Shown: positions 11,690-24,851, numbered from the whole stretch's first letter. The stretch: DNA of 63,669 nt, filler included, from Bigelowiella natans CCMP2755 (GCA_000320545.1; 5 parts of 5 records of this genome joined end to end with filler, not necessarily neighbours in it), one strand, 5' to 3'. Program-made: numbers and translations. The notes: generated from the sequence alone by a model not told the origin.

Positions 11690-13297
11690 TTCATTCCTTC
11701 CAGTGCCTGTTCCCCCCATTTGTTGGGCTCCTCCTCCTCACTGCTGTCGTCTTGACGTCCGTAGCGCCTAGACAACCGATGATCCCGTGGCGGTTATCCA
11801 ATGCACTAAGTAGGGCAATGTCTCCTCATGCCTCTCCCCCTTTGCCCCTCCCCTACGTCGCAAACGACACGTATTTTCCAAATGCTATATTTACTCTATC
11901 GGATCGTAATGGTCTCCTGTTCCGTCAGGTTCGACGAGAATGCGGTCGCTCCGCAGTCCCACAAAACACATGCGAGCAAGATCGTCCTCAGCAAAGACGC
12001 TTGTGCAAAGGAGGTGGGGGGGGCTCCGCCTTCTCTCACCACTTGGGCAATCTACGAATCTATGTGAATCCGTTGTCGCTGGACAAGCTACATCGTCTTC
12101 TTCGCCTTCATCCTGGCGAACGTTTGCCTCCTCGATGGCTGGCCATGAAGAAGGAAAGAGCGCTGCTCTCACGCCGTTGAGAAGCGGCGCGGGCAATTCC
12201 CATCGAATCGCGGTTCTTGGCGGCGGGTTCGGAGGCCTTTACACTGCATTGAAACTGGCAGAACTTAAATGGGAAGAAGGCGCTAAGCCAGAGGTAGGAA
12301 CCAAGGGCTGAGGTTCTTTCCAACTCACTTTTTCACAGTGGTCCTTCAAGTAACAACGAATAGTTTCTTCTTTTTTATTAATAAAGCTACCCCCTTGCGC
12401 CTCCCCGCGGCTCTCTTTCAGGTGACGTTGGTCGACGTATCAGATCGCTTCCTGTTTAAGCCTCTCATGTACGAGCTCATCACGGGGGAAGCCACCCTGG
12501 ACCAAGTATCTCCTACTAACTCACCGGATATGCACGCTTTTGCTGCTGTTATCGGAAACATAATGAATATTTTCCCGACCTTAATAATGACACTGATGAA
12601 GACACCGACGATATGAATCATGAAAAATGGCAAAATGCCTTCTCCACGAAATGAATTTCATCGGTGTCTTCATTTCCCGAGCAGCTCTCTCTTACCAACG
12701 CGATATCAGTTGCGCCACTAGCGTGATGGTGTACTGTCAGAGGCTAGGAAAAAAAAAAGGGAGGGGGGGGGGGGGGTGGTAGAACGCAACAGCACGGATC
12801 TCGATCGCCACAGCTCTACTGCTACTGCTGCTGCTGTTGCTGCTACTACTACTATTGTGAGCGATTGATCACTACCATTCATTTCTGTATACAATAGGTG
12901 GCACCGTTGTTCAGAGACCTCATCGGCATTTCCGGAGTTCGTTTCGTCCAGCATGAGGTGAAATCCGTGACACTGTCCGACACCGCCAACATGCTGGCAG
13001 GGCAAGTCAAGCTTGATGATGACTCTACTATCGACTACGACTACCTCGTTCTCGGTAATGAATGATGATGATAACGACGACGATGATGATGGATGGCTGG
13101 TGCCATCGCAGAAGAACATCAAGGCGAAAGAGTAGTTGTTGTAAATAGTAGCGTCGAGCATTTTAATATAATCACCACCTCCACGCATCATCAGCTTGCT
13201 CTGCAAGAGCGCCTATCCTCAGAACGACGAGATATGTGTGGCCTGCCTGCGCCCCCATTTAACCATCTGCACAGCAGCAAGCCACTCACCACGAACG

Positions 13298-13329
<32 letters not shown>

Positions 13330-14581
13330 CTGTGAAACATCATAATACTGTGATCAGGCGTCGGTGCAGAGGCCAATCTTGAGCTAGCAACAGGCGCTCG
13401 GGAGCACGCACTGGCATTCAATACTCTTGATGACGTACGAAAGCTGGAACAGAGACTGCAGGACATTGAAGATGCGTTTGCTGATAAACGAGGAGATACG
13501 GTGTCCGTCGCTGTTGTCGGAGGAGGTTGCTCATTGACTGAATGGATATGGGAGAGCGGGGGGAGGGGGGGGGGGGGACTGTTTGTTATTGCAGTTGCGA
13601 TTACAACGTTGGCTGCTGCCGTGCTGTACTACAGGGGGAAAGCTATGTGTTTCATCCCCTGTTCGTCAAGATTTTTTCTGTGAATCGTACAATCGCTGCT
13701 GCTGCTGCTATGAACTATATTACACTTAGTATGAAAGTCGTCGTCAACAACAACAACAACACTACCAAACAGGACCCTCGGGTGTAGAGCTGGCCGCTAC
13801 GGTGTCGGACAGGCTGCAAAAGTCGCTCGGAAGGGAGGCGGTACGAGTCACGTTGTACGTCGCAGGCGCCGACTTGATGGAGACCTTCGCCCCGGAGGCG
13901 AGAGACGTGGCGCGAGAGACACTAGCGAGCAAGAACATCGAGGTACAAATCGCGCGTGTCCGTGGAGTCATCATATTCGTCATTGAGGAATGGGGGTATG
14001 AGGAGGTTGGAACTGAAGAAAACACTCTGTATGCATGTGGAAAGCGATGCTATCGGTGAGGAGGAGGGAAGGGGGGCCGGGGGGGGGGGGGGAGCATCGG
14101 TTGACTTCGCGAACGGTCTTTGTCCTTTATATGAACGCTTGATTCCTTTTTGATGTATAGTAATACCGGCAAAATAACAACGCTTGCACCTCCTCCCTTC
14201 CTCCTCCTCCTCTTCTTCTCTACCACCACCACCACAAATGCTACTACTACTACTACTACTGCTACTAGGTTCTATACAATCATCGCGTCGAGGAGGTCGG
14301 CAAAGCGACGGTGCCTTCTCCTTCTTCTTCCGGCAGCAGTAGCGAGTACACAAAGGAAGGAAGAGGCGAAGAAGACGTGTTTGAACTTCGCGTGCAAAGA
14401 CAAGGGGAGGGGGAGGAGGAGGGCGGCAGAGAAACGATTGCATGCGACATGGTCCTATGGACGGCCGGGGCCAAGCCGATAGGGGTAATGGGCATTCCGC
14501 AAGAGGACGGTGCGAACGTGCCGATTACCATCGAGAAAACATTGAAGATTAAGGGCCGCGACAGGGAGTTCGCCCTAGGAG
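11690..14581 (+). CDS. NDC1: Type II NAD(P)H:quinone oxidoreductase, NDC1-like, with hydrophobic signal plus Ser-rich transit-like leader; 3' end lost at the contig break, start approximate
   Basis: RIAVLGGGFGGLYTALKL, VTLVDVSDRFLFKPLMYELITGE, VAVVGGG|PSGVELAATVSDRL, DMVLWTAG; GT-AG introns. Confidence 0.85.
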
Positions 14582-14782
14582 GTGGTCACCTGATAGCAGA
14601 GTCAAAAATAGGCACGACAGTATTTCCATGCTTGCCGAGGGGGTGAGGGGAGGGCAAGGCAGAGGATGTACCAAAAGCGCAAGATAACTGTGCTTATCTC
14701 CCCTCCCCCCCCCCCCTCCTCCTCTCTCTCTTCGTCTTCTCCTAAACTATTGAAGCCAACAAAATGTGTGCACACATACATA

Positions 14783-14825
<43 letters not shown>

Positions 14826-14925
14826 NNNNNNNNNNNNNNNNNNNNNNNNNNNNNNNNNNNNNNNNNNNNTTAATTAATTAANNNNNNNNNNNNNNNNNNN
14901 NNNNNNNNNNNNNNNNNNNNNNNNN
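14826..14925. other. Artificial contig linker
   Basis: N-run, TTAATTAATTAA (stops in six frames), N-run. Confidence 0.98.
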
Positions 14926-14958
14926 CGTCTCTCTCTCTCTCTCTATACTATATATTAT

Positions 14959-14995
<37 letters not shown>

Positions 14996-15113
14996 TATAA
15001 TATAGGGTGTGAACCATTAAACTACCGCATACACCTGAGTATCATCTCCTTTATACATTTTAGTGTAATATTTATATAAAATAAGTAACACATGATGCCC
15101 TACTGTGGGTTAG

Positions 15114-15627
15114 GCTCGGGTGGAAGGGTCGCATTATTTATCCTTCACGCTAAACATCAAAAATCCACAAGCTCAAAGTGAAGGACTCGTTCCGCCTCAA
15201 GTGTGCTAAGGGTATGTATGTGCGAGAGATGGACAACAGGGCCACAATTAAGACTTTTTTTGTAGGTTATTAATTGATTGTGTGTGTGTGTGTGTGTGTA
15301 CGCAGTCTGCACGTGTTTGTGTTTCTGATCTCTTCTTTATTTTCAGACCTCTCCTCCGTGACGATATGGTTCGACAAGGTAGTTGTTATCTCATAATTTG
15401 CCGCGTAGACTGATTGAGACAGAAACGGGGGGGGGGGGGGGGGGGGGCGGGCAACATTGCGCTACGCTTCATTAAACATAAAGCGGTTTGGAAGGAATCT
15501 AGGAAACAGCAGCTATACACGTACATTGCAGGTTCCGAACATTGACCTGCAGATCGATACGACGATAGCTCTTGGCATCCTGCCCATACCCCTCTCTATA
15601 TTGCAGGTAGTAGCAGCAGTTGTAGTG

Positions 15628-15660
<33 letters not shown>

Positions 15661-16434
15661 AGATGATGATGGTGGTGATGGCGGCTGGCAGTCTGTTGTT
15701 GATACGCCCCCCTGCTGGAGGCTGCACACATGTCCTGTGAACGTGGCACGCTGAAGAACAGCGTCGCGGCTGCTGCTGCGAAGTCTTCCCGTCACATTTT
15801 TCGAATGGTGCTAAATCAAACAGGAAAGCATTGCTCTGCGGGTGCGGGCGGCGTTTCTTGGGTGGTTAAAGCGAAGGTGAACTTCCTCAATCGAAAATCA
15901 CATAGATTCCCGTGTAAATATGCACGCGCACGCACGCAAGCGCATATACATTTTGTATCGTATCTCCAACTCGAGTAGCCTCACTTTTGAGGCACCGATG
16001 GCACGATGATTCGTTGTACGTCATTTTGCGTTCTCTCGGAGTAAATGTCTTATGGTGTTTCCTCTTAGCAAGTACGATGTTTCTCAATGCCCTCATCCTC
16101 CTCTTCTCACGCCCCCCCCCCCCCCTTCCCATTATGCTCCCTGCAGTCTTGTATATCCCAACACAATGGAGTTCCCTTGCTTGCGAAAGGGGTCCGACTT
16201 AAACGAGGAAGCGGTACTAGATCCAAATAAATGCACACACACACACACATATATATATTATATATATATATATACATATATATATATAAAGTAGATATTG
16301 ATATTCTAGATAGATATTATCACAGAAGCTCTAAGCTCGCACACCAACCTCAACATGTGCTTCTTTCTGTGGTTTAGATCATAGAAGAAGCTAAAGCTGC
16401 CGCCTTGCTCGCAAAGAAAACGGAGCTTTTTTGA
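15114..16434 (+). CDS. 3' part of an SMP/TULIP lipid-transfer domain protein (Mmm1/Nvj2/PDZD8-like)
   Basis: Exons give KLKVKDSFRLKCAK|DLSSVTIWFDK|VPNIDLQIDTTIALGILPIPLSILQ|ESIALRVRAAFLGWLK..|LVYPNTMEFP, the SMP-type W-F-x3-P and V-x-PN pattern. Needs one frameshift at A5 15159-15163. Confidence 0.5.
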
Positions 16435-17539
16435 AGGTGCTGGGATCTCGCAAGTTGCAGCGGACTTCTGGGTGTTGTTCTTTGTATCTGCAGCATACGT
16501 ACATGCATATTTGTGAGGTATTTAAGACGACGCGCCCACTATTGATGAAGCACATGATGGCGTGAAGATGTGCATGCGTCTTGAAGTATACTTTTAAAAA
16601 TAATGTGCAATAATGTGTAGTCAGTAGTCGAATTACATGCTAGCATGGCCTACTAGCCTACCTAGTCAGGTGTTCATGCTGGCATGTGCCAACGATGCGA
16701 TGAGCACGGCAGCGTACCTATAGCATCTACTAGTGTGACACTAGACATGCAAAGCTTGCTTGTCTACATCCAGCTAGCCAGGGACATGTCGTAGTGGGAT
16801 GCATTTTGTAAAATCTCTACAATGCTAGAATGTAGAGTCTACATCTAGCAAACATGCTAGCATGTCTGCTAGATGTCCCTATAGACACGCTACGCTAGTA
16901 CCGTACCGCAGCGCATGCGTTTGTGCACATCTAGACATATACTAGATAGATATATGCATGCCAGTACCATCACATCTGGTCAAAAGTGGTCGCAGTGGCT
17001 AGATGGGTCTTGCTAGCTAGCTAGCTGGCTGTAAAGTCTGAAAGTACATAGCAGCGCGTTGTACGGGCCACAATCAATGCGCATGCATGCTACCGTCAAT
17101 AATGTCACGCTTCGCCTAGTCAGCGATATGACGCGGGTAGATATATAGTAGACACATACTAGACATAGGACATCTGTGCATATCAATCGATCGACAGCAG
17201 TGGCAAGCTCATTGCTTATGTGTAGCTCATTATCATGTAACGTAGTGACTTTGAATGCCAATAAGCGCTAGGTGGAGAAATTTACCAAAAAAGAGCAAAT
17301 GCAACCCCAAAGTCTGAGATTTCTCAATCGCACAACATCATTGAACTTTGCGCGCAAAAACTTGGATCTTTATCAGAACAGCTGTTGTCGTTTCGCTCAT
17401 TCAGATTACCGTCCCGTTTCCTATCGCAAATCCAATTTTCAGAACAAATAACGTAGGTTTTTGATAGGTGTCCTTTTCATTCTCATGAGGTTGCGTATTA
17501 TTATTAGCGGATTTATTACTGGTTTTCTTTCGTCAGGTA

Positions 17540-18460
17540 TTGTGCGGTGGTAGCAATCGTCTCCATCTCAGAAGCTGTAAAGCATTTTCTGAAGGATTCG
17601 AGCATATCGGAGCTCTCCTTCAACCTGGAGTTCGACGAGACAATCAATGCTTTCCAAAACTTAAACAAGCTTATTGTCAGCTCTCTCCTCCCTCCCCTAC
17701 TATCCTTCCTTTCTCTCTCTCCTCTGCAAATTATAAATCACAAGGGTTCTGCTACTGCTTATTGCTCTACGCTCATGAGCAAATATATCAACCGTTCAAA
17801 CCAGCAGGTAGCTGTGATCATCATTTATTCATTCATTCGCTAGTGATGCAGCCATACTTGGTTTTGGAGCGCTCTAGACTACGTGTGCGTACGCTGACCT
17901 CCCGAATTGCGACCTTCAATCTGAGAAAGACAGAAAGAAAGAATCCCCCGATATTATCAGCATGGCGCGAGACTGGGGAAGTAAAAATATATACCCGCAC
18001 AAGTCCGCATACAATCACACATTCAACACACGCACGCACGCACACTTAAGGTGCTTGGGAGAGTACTATGTTGGCTGAATGATTGTATTCGGGAGAGTAT
18101 TTATCTTTTCAAAAATGCGAAAATTGACATCAATACGCACTCTAATATCATCAGTAAGGTATGCGCTATTCGTTATTATTACCGGGCCTGCAAGTTCCGC
18201 ACGCATTTTGCCATGACATGAAACGAATGGCAGCTGAAGTCGGTTTGCTCCAGATCGTCGAAAGGGTCAACTGTGCACACCATAACCATGTTTCGCTCAG
18301 TTTTTGTTTGTATTTTTCCTTTACTCAGCTTTCTCTCCCCCCCCCCCTCATGTTGTTCTACTATTAATAACAACCTTGTGAGCAGCCCTTCACTTGTCTC
18401 AATACGGACTTGAATTTGACCCGTAGGAGCTGCTCCTTCTTAGCTGCGATCGCTAACTCA
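17540..18460 (+). CDS. Hypothetical multi-exon protein
   Basis: Series of short AG..GT-bounded open segments (VAIVSISEAVKHFLKDSS..., PYLVLERSRLRVRTL..., VPHAFCHDMKRMAAEV). No recognised motif. Confidence 0.35.
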
Positions 18461-18899
18461 CCACTCCGTCTCCGAACCTAAGCACGACACGACAAGTATG
18501 CTCTCGAGTTGTGTGCGTGTGTGCGTGCGTGTGTGCGTGCGTGTGTGCGTACGTGTCTGCATGCGTATATCTGTGTTACCAGTTTCTTGTCGCTGTTAAC
18601 CACATGCTTCACGACGGCTTCAAAATCACGCACGGGCATGAAAGCAAGGCTGCCCTGTAAATCAAGTTGCTGTTTGCTCACGTGAACTTACGAAGCATAC
18701 ATAACGCGAGATAGCATTCTGAAATCGCTCTCTCTCTTTCCCCCCTCTCTCTTTCTTTCTCTCCCCCCCTATCCCTAACTCATGTTTAAACAAGATACAT
18801 TCTGAATGAATGACTAATACGATCAACATGAACAAAAAGTCTCTCAAAATTATATCGTGCGAAAATAGATGTATAGAAAAAAGGATCATTTTCCTCCGA

Positions 18900-19980
18900 A
18901 CTCTGATAACAAACAAATTTGTTCCCCTCCCTAATGACCCGTTTAGCATTTTGAATGGCTGTCAGTGTGGGAGCCAGATCATCCCGCAACGCAAATTGTA
19001 CAGATTTCGGGTCAGCTCCCTAGATTTAAATGCAACACTGTTATGGAGACATGCAGGCAAGTTCTCGGAGCTTTCAGGTCATATTTGTCCAACTGCTCGG
19101 TTGGTAGAGACATTCTAACGCCTAAGCTCTTCTTCTCTGAGATCATCACTTACTTTCACGTCGGCATTTTCTTCCAGAATGTGTCCATCAAGAAGGAAAA
19201 GTATTGACTTTCCAAATCCGATACGATCAATTATCTGGGTAGAATAAAGGTAAATAAGAAGAGGATGACCGATCCATGAAAGTCGTCAGTACTTGATCTT
19301 TCAGATCTCTAAAGCTCCCGCATGCCTCTGTGTCCACTTCTATAGTCAGACTTGAGAACGGATTTTTGACGGTATGTCCTGGTGGTGGCCATGATAATAT
19401 ATATTCACGACTAGTTAGAATGTGGCAATGTTGCATTTACATGTTTTTCATTTGTGTGTTTGTGAAACCTTTCGCGACATTTTTGTTTGGGAAGGAGTGT
19501 AGAACTTTTAGATCACCGAACGCTCGTCCTACAAAGTCACGTATTCTTATAGAGGATGGAAAAATATGTACAGGAGAAGAAAGAGGGCAGAACCTTTTTT
19601 ACTCAATGCCATTTGAGAGGACGAAGCATAGGAAATGCTTCTCTTCTTGCCACTGGACATTATGTATTCGTCTCAAACAATGTTTCGAGAGCCCGCGAGT
19701 ATTAATACTCTTCTTAGAGGCTTCTTCTTCTTCTTCCCCGACACGGCAGACTTTCTTTCTACTCACATGAAAGAGGAGCCTGTGTCGTCGTCGTCGTCCG
19801 TTGTCTTTTAAGTGCTTCTTGCCTTTGGTCTTATCTTCTTCCTTCGTTTTCTTTCCAATTCAGGTCCTTTTTCCCATGATGCAGGCAAGAAAACATTGTC
19901 GCACTTGGTTGAACAGCGGCGAAAACCGGACTTGCCTTCCTCGCTGTCGGTTGGATCAATCTGGGGCCCCCCTGGACATG
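18900..19980 (-). CDS. Hypothetical multi-exon protein with a possible ubiquitin-like segment
   Basis: Exons LTIEVDTEACGSFRDLKDQ and RIGFGKSILFLLDGHILEENADVK flanked by GT/AG sites. Confidence 0.3.
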
Positions 19981-20089
19981 CTGAGGTCATCCTTCGAAGT
20001 GCTGTGGCCGGCGGGCACAAAATAAACCTCAAGTTTTCTTGGTGTTCCGGTAGATCGAGGAGGACACGGATGATATTTTGACTGCTGTG

Positions 20090-21600
20090 CCACTTTTGAT
20101 CACTTGCTTGTTGTCACTCACGTCAATCTCATGGTGAGTTGTGTTTGTCCTGCACTCAAGTGAAAATCATGGGTGTTCTGTGAAAACATTGCATTGTGAC
20201 AGGAATCCTTTTGCCATGAGCACATGAAGCACGTTACCAAGTGAACACATCGTGGCATCGCACAACAAACGGCACACACACAGCAGTCGCGTGTCAGCAC
20301 GTGGCAGCACACAGCACCAGCTAGAGCAGTTGCACTGCAGAGCACACGAGCACGTGGCAGTCGCACACCAGCACACAGCAGTCCCATGTTAGATGCAGCA
20401 CATTGCTTCAGCACGAACAGTGTGTTGACCAGTTGAAAACGAACGTCACACGTTTTCACACGATGTTTGTTCACTTTGTGAAAACTTGTGGCAAAGTGTC
20501 CTTGTGGGCATGCCATTCACTAGATTCAAACACCAATTGTTTGTTTTGTCAGGCAGGAATGTGGACTCACTGACATTTCATGGACACTTTCATGAAACAA
20601 TTGATGTGTGGCACCGTCTTGTTTTCAAACTTTTCTTTGTTCTTTGATGCCTTCGCATGTGTGTTTTTTGGTCATGGAACAATTGCAGAACTCACAACAA
20701 TTTGCCTTCAGTTTTCGTTTTTCTTCACTTTCTTCTCTGTGTTTTTTCCTGCATTGTTTCACTTTTTCTTTTTTTGTGTGTTTTTGGTCACATGATCTCT
20801 ACTTAGAGATCTTTGTCACATTGTTTCATTTTCGCTTCTCTGTGTTCTTCCTTGTGTTGATTTGTTTTTTCTTTGTTTGCTTCTCTTCAACAGCAATTGT
20901 CACAACTGCTGATGGCACATGGTGTGCAATGCGTGTCACGTGTTGTAGTCGCATTGCTTTGCGAGAGTAGGAGGGTGTGCTCAGCACACCATGATGGACA
21001 AAGTGACATCACACATGGCACTATGTGGATAGCACATGCATGGCACAGCCGTGTCCATGATCACCACATCGCTATTGGCGGTTGTGATGATTCATCATTG
21101 TCACTTGCACATCACACACCATGCTCTGCGGATGTTGCTGTGGCTTCTTGTCATGAAAGTCTCACAGCTTGTTGTCTGACAAAATTTCAGTTGTGCTTCA
21201 TCTAGTCACAACAACACAAATGACGATGTCCAATGGACACACAGAATCTGGAATGTCCAGTGCATGTGAATGATGTTCAAGTGATGCTAGGAAGCCTGCG
21301 TCCATCAGATTTGCACCATTCTTGCACACTGGCTGCTCAAATGCTAGATGTAATGGTGAAATTGCGTCAAGATGGATTCATTGCGATGCACGTCTAGCTA
21401 GCTAGATGACATCGTGCAGTGAATTGCACGCACTGCTGTCTCATGGACACATCAGTACATGTACACAAACATCACAGCATCACATCACAAGCATGTTATG
21501 CGATGTGTGTGACAACAGCCAAGCATTGACTTGCACAGCAGACGCAGTCGCTAATTATGCATGTCCTCATTATGGAGTGCAGTGCCTACTATCTGTGTCA
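20090..21600. other. TpA-depleted, CA/TG-rich island (probable hypermutated relic)
   Basis: Manual count for 20101-21420: about 18 TA in 1320 bp, 8 in CTAG and 8 in CTA/TAG half-sites; CpG still present. Confidence 0.8.
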
Positions 21601-22127
21601 CGTACGTAACCACCTTTTTTGCTATGCCGTAGTTACAAAGTTGAGCGATGCTCATGTATTGTACGTATCGTAAGCACTTATATGTATTAGTGAAAACTTG
21701 AATATGGATGTGTAATTTTTATGTGTGTTACAACTAGGAGAATGAGCGGATGCTTTCTCACTTCAATAAGGATGCCAAATTTTGTAAAAAGCTTTCCTAC
21801 CTTAGTTCGTTTCCAGACAAATGTTTCACTCGAAATACTCTGGGTGAAATATGAATTCGTAGGCTCGCCTTTCCAGACACAACGTCGATATCGCCGCACC
21901 ATAATTTCTTCGGCTAATTAAAACTAGTGAGCGTGCGTGGTAAAATGATTTTCCCATGTGTCTTCAAAACTGTTGTTCCTGCTTAGAATCTTAGGTAAAC
22001 GCTCAGGAAGCGTCGTTCGCAAAATGAATCTCTTATTAAAATTCCTGCATCCGAACGAAATTTTAATATCTCGTACAATTAAATTATATTCATTCATCAT
22101 GCATAGGCCAAACTCCATTTCGAGATT

Positions 22128-22658
22128 CTAAACATCGAAAACTTTATCATCTCCCATATGTTCTCTCCAATTCTCCATGCCTGACACTGCTTCGTGTCCT
22201 ATTTCTATCAAGTTGCTGGATGTTGGATCTTCTCCACCATATTCGACAGAGTAACCATTCTGTAAAAAATTCTCGTCGAATTCTTCAGCTTCAAGTCCCC
22301 CATACTCTCTAGCGGAGTACATGTCTTCCACATAATCCTCTGCCCTGTCCACATCTAGATCGTATCTCAAACCAAATCTTTGCCTGAAGCAAGAATAAAG
22401 TTTATGCTACTTGGAAAGGAGATTTCTGACAATTTCTTTACCTTAGGCCCGTTCCTGTACCCACATTCTGGTCAACCTGCAAAATGCGATGTCATTCATG
22501 CGGAGACGATAAAAGTACAAATTTTCAACCGTCGAGACTTCCTTCTCCATTGTCTTTGCAGTCGTCGTTGCGTTGGTTCTTCGGACCGCCCATCTTGCCT
22601 CATTCCCTACCACTGCAGTAGCAATGATGCAAAGGAGGAGGATGAGACTGCACTTCAT
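22128..22658 (-). CDS. Small secreted acidic protein (about 3 exons)
   Basis: Signal peptide MKCSLILLLCIIATAVVG; exons join in frame to a D/E-rich C-terminus with EYGG twice. Confidence 0.55.
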
Positions 22659-23483
22659 GACTTCTAGTTCGCTGTAGTCCCAACTGTCGAGAAAGATAAT
22701 TGCGACAGCATTGTTAGAAGCAATAATAAGGTCCAATCCATCACCAGCTTAAACTTTCAACTAGCAAATTCAAAAACCATGCAATCAATCGGAAGAAGTT
22801 TCTATTACAGGTTGTCGTTCATATGAAGAAACATCTTTCTTCATCGAAATTCGTCTGCTCTGGGGGTAGATGCTAATCTGAATTAATGATAAGATCTTAT
22901 TTTGATGTACTGTGTAATTCGTCAGAGGATAAATGGTGCCAAAATTCGAAGGATTATAAGTTTGTAGTGAGAATTTGGTGATTATTTAAAAGAAATTAAT
23001 TCTAAAGTTTAACATAGACTGTGAAACATATATCTGAGACATTTAAATAAGTTAGTTGTCGCACACGAAAATTGTCACACACCTCATACTCCAACACTTC
23101 AAATTTTACACTATGAATACTAAGGCAAAGCAGGTTCACGTAGTCTTAGATTTTGCTCAAGATGTGAGTAAATTTCATGTCGCAGGTCTATAATTGTATG
23201 GAGATTATTTTATGATTTATAGCATGAAGATTTTTCCATACGACATAGAGGATTGGTCAAAGTCAAGTTCCTCGGCGATTTGGATGAAAATACTCCGAGC
23301 ATCACTACTCAGTACGAGCGAAGGTCCGTGCCTCCCCCACTGTATGTCTGCCTTCCCCCACCCCATCCGCGTCTACCCATCCCATCTTTGAAGATCAAGA
23401 TATAATACGTACTATTGTAAATCATAACACAGGACACCCAAGGGATCCATTATCGTGAAACGTACCGCAGCTGATATCCAAAA

Positions 23484-24851
23484 ATGGGATTCGTGAAAGT
23501 CATTAAGAACAAGGCTTACTTCAAGCGCTACCAGGTAATCTACAACTAAAAAAATTATCTCTTTATAAGTAATGTAGTATTAGCAATTATTTGGTTTTAA
23601 GCATAATTCGGATGTTGTTAATAAGCTTTTGCCTGTTGTCATTTAGGTTAAGTTCAAGCGTCGCCGGGAGTGCAAGACCGATTACTACGCTCGTCAACGA
23701 CTCATCCTTCAGGATAAAAACAAATATAAGACTCCAAAGTATCGATTCGTCGTTCGTTTCACCAATAAGGATATTGTGTGCCAAATCTTCTCCACTGACC
23801 TCACAAATGATGGTAATACTGAATTCTATTTCCAACATGGTGGTTACGGGGGGGGGGCTCTCTCTCTTTCTTTCTCTCTTTCTCTGCATGTGATACTGGT
23901 GCAGTTGGAAGAACCTCTGAGTCCGCTGCATGAAAGTGTATTCTACCCTACCCTGGTGTCTAGAAGATTGCCACAATCTATCTCCCCATGAATTTAATTT
24001 ATATTTTGTCCACAGTGTGCATCGCATCTGCCTATTCTCACGAGCTTCCACGCTACGGAGTGAAGACTGGCCTCACCAACTTCCCCGCAGCCTACTGCAC
24101 TGGCCTTCTCCTCGCACGCCGCGTCAACCAAAAGTTCAAGCTTGAATACAAGGGTCCTGTCCGTTCAGAATGTGATATGGATGAATGGGGCATGGAGTAT
24201 CCAGCAGATGGCGAATTCGAGATGGAAAATGAAGATGATGGACCTGGTGCCTTCACGGCACTGCTCGATGTCGGTCTTGCCCGAACCACCACTGGGTCCC
24301 GTCTTTTTGGCGCGCTCAAGGGTGCGTGCGATGGAGGACTGAACATCCCCCACAGTAACAGGCGTTTCCCAGGATCCAAAGTTAACGAGGATGGAGAGCT
24401 TGAGATCGATAATGATGTGCAACGCAAATACATTTTCGGTGGCCACGTCTCTGATTACATGACGAAACTACAGGATGAGGATGAGGAAGCCTACAAGCGC
24501 CAATTTGCAAAATACATCGCTGCCGGTGTCGGAGCAGGTGACATCGAGGATATGTACACTAAAGCACATGCTGCTATCCGCGAAGATCCTAATAAGAAGC
24601 GCGCTGGCACCGAGCTTGGACGCTTCAAGACCGGATCAGCAAACCGATCAAGAGAAAAGAAGAGCTACAAGGTGGCCAGGATCGGCCGCGAGGACAAGGC
24701 AGACGCAGTCAGGCAGAAGCTTCTGGAGATGGGCAAGAAGTCAGTTTCTGCCATGGATTGGAAGGAGGATGAAGCTGCAGCTGTTGAAGAGAAGGTTGAC
24801 GAAGATGCGGCTGTTGAGGAAGAAGACGACGAGGATGATGATCTGCTCTAA
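23484..24851 (+). CDS. RPL5: 60S ribosomal protein L5 (uL18); 3 coding exons
   Basis: [17 protein letters not shown]|[19 protein letters not shown]...; [53 protein letters not shown]. Confidence 0.98.

Noticed and set aside
14826-14925. TTAATTAATTAA palindrome within N-runs (4 occurrences)
   Set aside because: Artificial joining linker with six-frame stops; not biological.
20580-21205. Phe/Cys/His-rich ORFs as membrane proteins
   Set aside because: Explained by loss of TA-containing stops in T-rich, TpA-depleted DNA.
23813-24015. Intronic snoRNA in RPL5 intron 2
   Set aside because: A CTGA and a 3' ACA are present, but I found no convincing C box or H box. An Infernal or snoscan search is needed.
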